Below are positions 37,725-48,152 of a DNA stretch of 64,000 nucleotides, one piece after another. The position numbers were made by a program, and so were the translations under genes. A model generated the notes under the pieces. The model was given only the letters and a program-made list of their open reading frames with translations, was not told the origin of the DNA and made no database searches. The stretch lies in contig JAYWIR010000032.1 in NCBI GenBank assembly GCA_036172245.1, forward strand, positions 2,480,001-2,544,000. Reading direction: 5' to 3'. The first letter of the stretch is position 1. Every line of letters starts with the position of its first letter. The DNA comes from Raillietiella orientalis. Taxonomy: Eukaryota.

Positions 37725-40621
37725 GGACCATGGCTTCTGACGCTGCTGCTCGCCTTCGCCGCCTACAGCGCCGGTAGCGGCCTCCAAGAGGGGAGAGCGG
37801 CTGACGTCCCACCCAAAGGGGAGCAGCAGAGGTCGTGGGGGGGGCTCCTCGGCTTCTTGAGGTCGAGGCTTCCTGGAGGGGGGCGGGAAGAGCCCCCGGA
37901 CCTCGTCCCTCTGGACGCCGACCGCCAGGCGTGGGGGGGAGGCAGCGGGCAACCCGACGCCGCTGTCCCCCCGCAGGAACCCCCTGGACACGACGACGGG
38001 GAGAAGCCTCCCGCCCAGGAGCCGCGGCCCAGGACCAACAGGACCTCCTCGCGGCGCCGCCTCCCTGCCCCACCCACGAGGCGACCGGACAAAACCGAGC
38101 GGTCCTACGGGCACCTCATCGACCTGATCCGGACGCGGGGTCAGCAGTCCAGCCTCAACGTCCTCGCCCCCTTGAGCCATCACTACCAGGTCAACCCGCT
38201 GCTCACCTCCCAGATCGCGTCCCAGGCCGACTGGCTTCGACCCCCTGTCCTGAACACGGGCCCCCTCCCGCTCTTCTTCAGGCCCTTCCCTCCGCTGGCT
38301 CCCCGCTTCCACCGGAGGCCCACGCCCCAGGAGCACGCCGCTGCCTACCTAACTCTTCGGGGTAAGCAGGGAGGGAGACGAGGGCGCATCTCATGCGGAC
38401 AGCGAGGATGGGAGGCGACCTGAAGCACCCGTCCCGCCCCGCGGAGGCGGGGGGGAGGGAAACGGCCCTATGCCCTATCGCGACCATCTCAAGGGTGCGG
38501 CCGCTCAGCGGGCGTGGAGGCGGTCAAGAGAGGGAGAGGGCGGAGCAAGCGCCTCTCTGCCCTCCCCCTTCCACCCTTTGCACGCGGTCCATTTCCATTT
38601 CCTTCCCCCCTCCCCCTTGCGGAGATCCCGACGGAGGCGCCCGGCCCGCGTTGATGCGCGCTTTAGCGGCGTCCCGCCGAACAAGAGGACTGCGAAAGGA
38701 GTCGGGCGCGTCGCCACCACCTCCGGTCGGTTCCCAGGTTGCGGCGCCGGGAACGCGCCAGTCACATTATTCGGTTCTTTCCGCTCCTTCTCTCCCGCTC
38801 GCTTTCTAGCCCTCTCCCGCCGAAGGGTTCCCCCCGGAGAGGAGGAAAGGAAGGGTCACGGCAGTCCAGTTCATATGGGAGGTGGCGCTCTGAGACCCCG
38901 AAGACACGTCCCTGGCTTCGCTCGCGAGCGGGACCTCAACCGAAGGGACGACTTTCTGCCTTCTAGAAGAGGGGGAATGCCGGGGCCCTTTCCGACCCGC
39001 CCACCCATTCGCCGCGCGACCGCCGGAAAAGCGGAGCCGAAGTGCTGTTTGGGAGACCATGCCTGTTCCCCTTGCGGAGGACCTCCAGGCGACCGCCGGG
39101 GACCTCGGCATCCGCTGCGTCATGGCGACGGGCCCCTTTCCCGGGAACCATTTTGCCTCTCATAGGAGCCCGTGAAGGACTCTGGGGGGCAGAGTCCGCT
39201 GCCCTTTTCGCCGACACCTGAGCGGTTCTGCCGGTTGGCTCGAGCCTCGCCTCAGAGGCCCCCTCGAGGTCCTTCTGGTGAGCCAATGACCTTCCCGGTC
39301 CCACTCCGAGAAGGCATTCGATCGGCCTCGCGCGGGAAGGGCCTCTGCGCTAAAAGTCGGCGGCCAACGACCACTGTCGCCGCCCCCGGGATCAACGCGT
39401 GCTGCTTCTACCTCCGGCAAAGGCGCCGGTCCCTCCCGTTCGCTGCTGAGGCCACGAACCACCAGGAGGCATCCGCAGCCCTCACTCCCGCGGTCCCCTT
39501 GGCCACTCCTGCCCTCTGCCAGCGCTGTCCAGAACTTCTTCCACCGCAATTCCCCGCTGGTGTTGCGCCCGGCTGCCTATCGCCGCCGCCCTGCCTCTCC
39601 CGCTGGAGCGAGAGAGAGCTCCTCCCCCTCTCCCACCAGCTTCCAAACGGAAGCGAGTCTCATTTCGCCAGGGGAAGAGGAGGGTTGGTGGCCGCATCTT
39701 GAGCAGCCTCCAGATGGCAGCTGTTCCCGCAGCATGCCTAAGGGGAGGCCGCATGATGGCGCGCCAAATTGCGGGGGAGGGGAGGACAAGGACGTGAGAG
39801 CGACTGTGCTGTCCCTTTCAGACGCCCCTCCGGAGCCCCTCGGTCCGGGAGGGATCCCGCCCTTCCGGAGAGGCCTCACCGAATGCGTCCGGGGCGGGAC
39901 GAGGGATGGGGGCTGGAGTGGGGCGGACTCGGTAGTGCCCTCCCACGGCAGCCCCCGCAAGCTGACCCCGGGGTCCTCTGTTTGCAGATCAGCTGGCGCG
40001 CATCCCGACGGTCCTGACGGACTACAAGACGGTCAGCTCGGTGTCCAGCGCCCTTGTGCCGTCAGGTAACTTCGCCCCGTCCCGTCCGGAGGCGCCAGCG
40101 CCGCGGGGTCTCCTTTCGCAGGTGACCCCTTCACCGCAGAGTGGATCCGCTTTCTGTTGACCAGCCCTCGGGTGGTGGAGCACTTGTTGGGAGGAGCTGC
40201 CTCAAGTACCGACGGGAGGAGGCGTCCCCTGCCTTCTGGGCCAACGATAGCGACGGCGACTCCCGAGAGAAAACACCAACTGGACGACGACGGTCTCCCG
40301 GAAAGGGGAGGTCGTCCCCATCCGCTCTCGACCTTCCCATCCTCCACGACCCCGAGGGAGCCATTCGGGAGTGACGGAGGACCACCGACGCTGCCTTCCC
40401 CGGCCCAGGCGGATGTGCCACCTTTTGCGCCCTCGGGTCTCTTCAGGCCGCTGCCAGCCCCCATGCTGCCGGCCCCCATGCTGCCCTCCCCGCAGCCTCA
40501 GGAGCTCATCAGCGTGTCCTTCGGGTCTCTGCCACCCCTCCTGCACTTCAGCCGCGGGAGACGCCACTTTCAAGACCCCTCTCGGCGCCCCCCTTTCTCG
40601 AGGATCGACCGGGGGAAATAA
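37725..40621 (+). CDS. Putative secreted Pro/Arg-rich orphan protein, 3 coding exons (~400 aa); start codon unresolved
   Basis: Exons 37725-38361 (ctccttgcag| ... |gtaagc), 39988-40065 (tttgcag| ... |gtaact), 40122-40621 (tttcgcag| ... TAA) join into one open frame via phase-1 introns. N-terminal hydrophobic WLLTLLLAFAAYSAGSG; TATA box upstream; AATAAA at the stop. Confidence 0.6.
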
Positions 40622-40622
40622 A
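40617..40622 (+). terminator. Polyadenylation signal overlapping the orphan gene stop codon
   Basis: AAA TAA A = AATAAA. Confidence 0.5.
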
Positions 40623-42687
40623 AGGGGCGGACGGCGGCCCCGTGGCCTCCGCTCAGCTGCACTCGGAAGAGCACTCAGGACTGGGTGATCGGGGAGACGA
40701 TGGTCCCGAAAAACACGGTCCTTTCCCCCTCTTTGCCCGATCTTTCTCTGGTACGCAATGGGCGCCGCAGCTGCCCCTCCCTGCCACCATCCTGCGGGCG
40801 GGCCAGGGGGCGAGCCGCGAGCTACGTCTCCCGAGGACCCTCAGTCAGATCACAGCGCCTCCCACGGGGCGGTGACATAGAGCAGGGGTGGCTCCCGCTG
40901 CCTCCAGGGTCTTCCCATTTCCAGCGCCTCTCTCAGTCGCCAAGTAGCGAATCCGATCCCCCCGGGGTCAGCCCGAATCCGGCTGCGGTGCTGTGGGTCA
41001 TCGGTCAGCCTGCACGCCACTGTGCACCCCTCCCCGCCCTGGAGATCGACGCGGGAGAGCGCGTCCTCCGGAAGCCCCTGATTTGAGGGCAGGAGGACCC
41101 GGCTGCATCGCAAGGAAGGGCATCGAGTGAGGACTCGCGGGACCTGCTGTGAGGGCGTGGGAGGGTCAGATGCAGTGCGTGACCCGGGAGTCAGGGGTCT
41201 TCAGCCTCCCATGCAACAGCGGACGGGAAGAACCAGGTCAGCTCTCCTCCCCACTAAGACAGGTCGAGAAGGCGCATATCCGAGGGAGGTCACCTGCACC
41301 CTCGGGACGGGAGCAGGGATCGTGCGGAGAGAACTGCTGGGTAAAAGACCACGGGCAGTCGTAGCGGAAGCCTCCGTCGGCCCAGAGTCCAGCGGGGTCG
41401 ACGGAAAGATGCTCCGAGAGAGGGTGGAAGATGCTTCTCGAAAACTGACACCGACGGCCCGCAGAATCGCCACTGGGGTCGCTCCTCACCCAGGCGCAGC
41501 ACGGGAAGCTCCAGAGGTTCACGTAGAAGCAAGGAGACTTTCTAAAAGAGGGAAGGTGGTGAGGGAGGAGTTCGCTCGTACGAGACGGGATCCCACTTTT
41601 CCTGGAAGACAGAGGGTAGCTGTGTCTCTGCACCACTTGGTCCTGGCTCGCATCAGCCTCCCGGATCGAAGGGTGCTGGACTCTGGGGAAAGGGAGCGCC
41701 ACGGATAGAAGGTTCCAAACGAGAGAACCCGTGAAATCCTGAACGAGCGTGTCCCCACGGAACACGGAGGCGGGATGGATGGGGAGGGGGGGAAGCCAGG
41801 AAACGCCATCATTGATCCGATTCCCTGCTGATCAGGAGGAGGTTCCAATCCTTGGCACGGAGTCCTCCTTCCCGAGACACTCTACGGGGGCACGCGTTTT
41901 CGAGCGCTGCTTCTGCGAGAGGAGGTTTCCCCGCGGTCCAAGGCTCCTTGATCTGGGCAGAGAGGAGGCCAAAGACGAAGCCGAAGGCCTGTGCTGGCAG
42001 AGAAGAGGCGCCGGCTCAAGAAATCCGAACAGCTTCAGAGTGTCACGCCCGACAGCGAAGAGCTGGGGAGGTGGCCACGCGCGGCTTTCAAGGGCCACTC
42101 ACGAAGAGGGAATGAACGGAGAACCCCAAAGGCGTTGGCGACCACTCTGTGGGAGGATGTGGGTGGAAGATCACAGGCTTCACGGTTAGTAGATCGCAAT
42201 CGCTCTGGGGAACAAGGAATTGTGGGAGGAAGAATTAACAGGAGCCGCTCGTGCATACCGCTTCGTTCCTCCCAAGGGCAACGGCTCTGCCCTTCACGTG
42301 CAAAATCTCAGGGATGCCGATGCGCGAGCACTGGGAGCATGTCCAGGCGTGAAACGTTCCTCTTCTTCCACGCATTGATAACACGATTCCGGGTTTGCTT
42401 TTCTCACAGAACCAGAGATCTATGGGTTGACCGTGGGAGTCAATGGATCAAGGACCCCTTATATTGCTAGATGAAGGGGTCGGTCCAAAGACTCTTTGGA
42501 AAGACGAGCGAAAGCTTGCAGAAAACCAACAGCACATCACAGCAGCTTTTTTTTGGACGATGGGAACCCTTTTGGGTTCCAACGTCCTTTCAGCTTCTTT
42601 TTGGTTCTCTGAGTACCTCAAGAGTCTGGAGGCGGCTTACGCAGCTCTTTCGCACTGTTCCACTCCGTCCGAGGATGCGTGTAATTT

Positions 42688-43230
42688 TTCAAGATAGTTG
42701 TCCCGGGAAGGGACCACTCTATGAATCCAGGAAGGGCTCGGAGTCCGTTCCTCTCAAGCCTGGGGAAGGATCTCCGAAGGGAAACTCTTCTTCCTTATTC
42801 TCTCCGGAAGGACTCCCGGAGGGGTCTGCTCCATTGTTTTCTCTCCAAAGGGAACCCGTAAAGGATCCACTATCAGGAATTTCTGCTGCGGAGGGATCCC
42901 ACAAGGGAACCGCTCCCGGTTTCCTCTTGCTCTGAAGAGAACCCCGAAGGGACGCTTCCGAGTTTTCTCAGAAGGGCACTCCCCGAAGGGAGCGGCACTC
43001 TTCTCTGCACTCCGGAGAGGTCCTCCATTCCATGTTACGACAAGGAGGACCTCTCCAGGACACGGTACGATGGTACAACACGGTACGACACGGAGGGTCC
43101 CCCCCGAAGGGGGCAACGGTCCGCTCCTTTGCACAACTGGAGGAGAACTCCCACTCCTTAACTCTGTTTCCTGGAAAGACACAGAGGTCGACTCCCAATA
43201 CCGGTCATTCATCGTGAGCATCCGCTTTGA
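42688..43230 (+). repeat. Diverged dispersed repeat, copy B (internal degenerate gaagggaacc-type subrepeats)
   Basis: ttcaagatag...ccgggaagggaccactctatgaatccaggaagggctcggagtccgttcctctca...cagaggtcgactcccaata. Confidence 0.8.
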
Positions 43231-44085
43231 ACCGTTCCGAATGAATGACCGGGATTGAGCCCGAATGAATAGATGCCAGCGTCATCTCGCGGGAGGAACT
43301 CAAACCCGAGACGCATCCCCATCTCTCGGTGTCGATTCTCCAAATATTCGAGCCCGCGACGTTTGATGTCACGCGCAGAGACCTCAGCAGCCACGAGGCC
43401 TTCGAAGCGGGCATCGAGCATTATGAACATCAAGCTCTCCGCTGACTGCTCGAGAATTGACCGTTTGCTTACGGCAACTTGCACCAAAGCCCGAAATCGG
43501 GAAACTGATCAAGAAAACCCACAGAAGAATTGTGAGCAGCCTGCAGGGAAACCAAAACCGGACTGCATGTTTTCACCTACTGGATCTCAGTTGGGACTTT
43601 CATAATAGAAGTGATAGAAATGCCTGAGGGAGAAAGCTGATGGAAATTCTGGTGGGACTGTACGAAGGGGACAGTGTCGCTCCCAAGCATAGCCCCATAG
43701 TTACTTCTTTCTCATCACGACAGTCATGATGCAGAGGAAAGGGAACATAAGCTGAAGACACAGGACAGCAGTTGGAATAGAGGAGAGTCATGCCGACAGG
43801 GATGACACCACTTCCAAATGAGCAGGATACGACAGAGACGACGCAGAGGAAGCCCCAGGTCTGACAGCCATAGGATTCATATCGAAATGGTGTTCAACGA
43901 AATGGAGCAATGATGCCCCTATTCCGTTGTCGTGATTACTTGGAAACATTTGAACTGCTCGCTGTGTTCCACCGTTTAGTTTGTTGATTCGGAACTGGTT
44001 CGACGAATTATGTCTGTCTGCCAACCAATATGAACGACAGACCCTGCATGCCAAGTCGAGGTAAGGTTGAATTAAAAATAAGTGT

Positions 44086-44163
44086 TTTATTGGTATCGGA
44101 CGATGATGATTCCACAACAGATCACATCTGACGTTGTTACAGATCACGGCTTCGCGCTTTATT
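44086..44163 (-). terminator. Two candidate polyadenylation signals for JIP3/4
   Basis: AATAAA on the minus strand at 44158-44163 and 44086-44091, ~270-350 nt after the stop. Confidence 0.45.
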
Positions 44164-44434
44164 GAAGGAAAGACTGGCAGTAATTTCACCATGATGATAT
44201 ATCTGATAGAAACTGACTAGAAGGAACCTGCGGAGTGACGAGGGCAGGTTTTCCAAACAATCAGATAACTTTTGTCGCCTCGAGAAAGCGATCGGGGTTT
44301 TACTTCTTCAGTGTCGTCATCGTCAGCACCATCACCTAGAAGTCAGAATGGTAAGTGGAGTGAAGTGAAAACAGCACAGGAAGACCATCTCCCTTGTGGT
44401 CTATCTTCCGTCATAGATCACAGAGGGTGAAAGC

Positions 44435-47400
44435 CTATCCTGATGGCCGCCTACGGCTGGGCAGCTGCCAGACAAGCAGGTGGCTTGCCCATTCTTTCTC
44501 TTCTTCGCTGTCGGCTAAGAATAAGCGGGCAGCTGTGCAAGAAGGCTATTTGTGCAATGCAGACACTCACCAATGCGGAAGTCGAAGTACCCTTCTCCTC
44601 CTGAGAGTACCATCATGGAACGCCCATCTGGATGTTCCAGGTCAGAGCTTGGCACAGCCACAAAAAACTTCACTGCATCCCGATGTCCATGGAATGACAG
44701 TTGAGCGCAATCCGCAGAGCAGAAGGGGAGGAAGCTGCCTGGGGTGACATGCTCCTGGTTATCACAGTACACTTTGACAGCACCCGAAGAGACTCTGTTG
44801 GAGTTGCCAGGCCCATATGATTCTAGAGGGGAAAAATGCAGCTTGTCCCTGCTGGCGAGTGTGTTTCATCATCACACATACCATCCAGGGGGATGGATAA
44901 AATGACCCCATTTCCAGTTCCAATCCACAAACGGCGGCAAGATGTGGAGAGGGCTGTGATCCGCACAAAGGAGAAGCCAAGTTTGCCAGTTCCTGAAAGC
45001 AGAAATCTCGAAAGGATAAATTCCCATCATCATGTACATCAGTCACCTGCTTCCGAGATCTCAGTATGAAGAGAAAGTGGAGAGTTAGGACTGTGGGGAT
45101 CCAGCACAGGAGGGTAGGGTAATGAACACTCACCCAGAACATTACTCAGAACTGGTTCAATATCAACATCCTGCAGATGCTGGAGCGTGTGTGCATGATA
45201 CAGGCGCAGAGTCGAGTCCAGCCGAATTGATATCCAGACCCCATCACCAATCCAGGCCATGTGACGAATCTGGCTCTCCCGGCGGGGGTGGGCATGAAAT
45301 GTCCTCTGCAATTGTCAGGTAGAAAAAAAAGGGTGATGCACAGAAGTGCATCAATCAGCTGCCCTCCCACCCATACTACTCTCAGATGCTGCAGTTACCT
45401 CAATTATCATGGTCTGTGCATCAAGAATGTACACCTCATTGCATATGGAACACCAGATTTTGGACTGTAAAACAGGAAGCAGGCAGCGAACAGCCTTGGA
45501 ATCCACACCCAGGTCCAGGAGATGGTATGAACCAAGGTCCCACTGTCCATCTGCATCTCGGTGAAAGATGGCAATGGTGCCATTCCCCAAACCAGCGAAC
45601 ATCCTTCCCTTCAAATGGCTGAGAAGACATGACAGGTGGGAGAGACAGCCAATTTGCACATACACAAGACAGAGCACAGCATCCTGCAGCTTGATGGATC
45701 CCAAGCAATGTGACCAACTGGCAACAGCTGAATGTAAGTAGATCATCCCGGTCTGTGAGCCCAGCCAAACAGTGGGAAGTACTGTGCTCATCAGCACAGC
45801 TTCAGGTCGGATCCCTTCAAAAATCAAGCTCTCATAAACATCGCGAGGTGTTTTCATTAACAACCTTGAGCAGCTTCATCCAGGTTGCCTTGGTCTCCAG
45901 TCTCCTGCGAAGACTCTCCAAAGGGGGCAGCTTCATCACAAATAGCTGAAAACAGCAAGCACTCCTAACCTTTCCATGAACTCCCTGCTTACAGCTGTAC
46001 GCCAGGAAGTTTCGCAAGTTCTTCTCCAGGTCTTTGGGAGGAGCAACGGTGACATTAGGATCTCCTGTATCTACACAAATGCTCATTATCTCTGCCTACC
46101 TACTATTTTTTTTTTGCTGTTTACCTGTGCCTGGCACCAGCAAGCTACATATATCTGTCTCAAACTGATTTCAGAGGGACACATTTCTGGCTAGTCTACC
46201 TACCTTCTCTGGCTAATGAAGGAGCATTCTTTGCAGTCCCACCCACACTGGTTGATGAGCCAGTAGCACAACTGACAAAAACAAGTTCCCTGACTTTGCT
46301 TTCGTTTCTGGAATTCTGACTGATGTTGGCCAGCGACTGCTGCTGTTGCTGTTGCTTCAGGAACTCCCTGGCATCTTCATAAGCATTGCACAGCTCATCT
46401 CCAGCTTCATAGTCTGTATGCTTGGCTCCTAGAGGAAGGGGGAAAAAAGGAAGAAAGAAAGAGGAAGGCAGAGGTTAAGCAACAAAACTCGGTACCCAAT
46501 CCATTCACCTGGCACACTGGCAATTGACAACAGATGAGAAGAGCACACATGAAAAGATGCAAGGAGAATGGCAGGGTCATTTGCATCGATAATTGTAACC
46601 TTGCTGTGAGAATGAGTGCTGGTGCAGATCCAGACTAGGGAAGACAGCTGAAGTTCTGTGGCCTCCTTTTCCTGAAGCTGCTTTTTCTGTATCTGGAAGA
46701 TCAGGACGAAGTGATCCTTTATGACTAGTGGCAGCAGCCTAGACATGGAGCCAACCTGCAGCTCATAATCAAGCTGATCCACCTGATCAGTGGCTTTGAA
46801 GGCTTGCATAGGATTCTGCTCAGCAGCCTTGGAATAGAAAACTGAAGCCCCCACAGCATTCCCACCATCCTTTGTGTCGCCTCCAGATAGGTCAATGCCC
46901 GTAGCACACCAGATCTGCTGTGGTGGTTTGAATCATCGCAAATGGACAACGCACCCACCTTGAGACCAGGCTCATTCTCCATCAGGGGGCGACAGTACAC
47001 AGGAATGGGAATGGAAACGTCTATAGAACTACCACTAGAATCCAAAGAGGAATCTTCAACTCGTTTTGCTTTTACTGATAGGCTCCACCCATATGCTTGC
47101 AAGCGTCCATGATCAGTGCGCACATGTGCTTTGACCTGTCTGTACTGCTCATTGCGCTCCAGAGCCCTCCTGTGTTGCAGCATTTCTGATGACCTGTCGT
47201 TTTTTGCAGTCACCACGAGACCATGGGTAGGAGGGTCACATCCAGGGACCCAAGTTACAACTTACAAGTCTCTGTTCTCAGCGAGGTCAACATGCTTTTG
47301 GTTCCTCTCAAGGTTCTTCTTCTGAAGGGAATGGTGCAAGGCGTTGATGGGATCCTCACTCGCTCCCACGTTTTCTGGCAACTCAGCAATGGGTGGCTGC

Positions 47401-48152
47401 ATCTTTTCCCCAGAGGCAAACAGGTTGCTGAAGCTGAAGGAGGAGGAGAATGGTCCTGACACAGGGTCTTTGAGGAAATCCTGACAATTTCCAGAAACTG
47501 AAGGATCGACGCCTCCGTCCTGCGGATGCTGCTTCGGGAAGAGATGCACGCAACACCTCCTTCCACTTGAGAGTTTCTTGCAACTCAAAGAACTTTTCCT
47601 TGTATTGGTTGCGCTCCAAAAGGACACGTGCCATCTCGACGCGTGTGAAACGCTTCCTCTGTGCCATGGGAACGTTTTCCTGGAATAGATACCCCATCAA
47701 TGTCCGTACTTATACTTAGGAGGCAAGAAACAAGTTCCTGACTTACACCTACCTCGCTTTCATGCATGTTCTGCAATACTTCCAGCTCGTGACGGGCCTT
47801 CCGCAGCTCATCTTCCAGCTCCTGGATCCTCAGGCGTAGTCGTGACTGAACAGTCTGTAGTGAACGGACTTCCTCTCGAAGGATCTCCTGGTCACTACCT
47901 CCGAAAATATCAGTAAGACCACAAAGATCACCAAAAATAAAGCTTCTTTCCTTGTTACCTGGTCAGTTCGTCGACTTTGAGGATCAAGTCATCTTTGACG
48001 ATGTTCAAGGCATTCCTGGAAAATGCAAACAGTGAAAAACAAGAACAAGGAGGATGGGTGGGACAGAGGCAAACCTCCAACACGGTCTACTTACTTGGTG
48101 GCCAGAAGCTCATTGTTTTCCATGATAAGATTCTCCACTTCTCGACCCATTC
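44435..48152 (-). CDS. syd: JIP3/4 exons 10-26 (LZII, RH2, C-terminal WD40-like domain)
   Basis: Conserved blocks [75 protein letters not shown]; stop TAG at 44435-44437. Confidence 0.95.

Noticed and set aside
43980..44220. Plus-strand exon-like pair with gtaagg donor downstream of JIP3
   Set aside because: No start or homology; overlaps the JIP3 polyadenylation region
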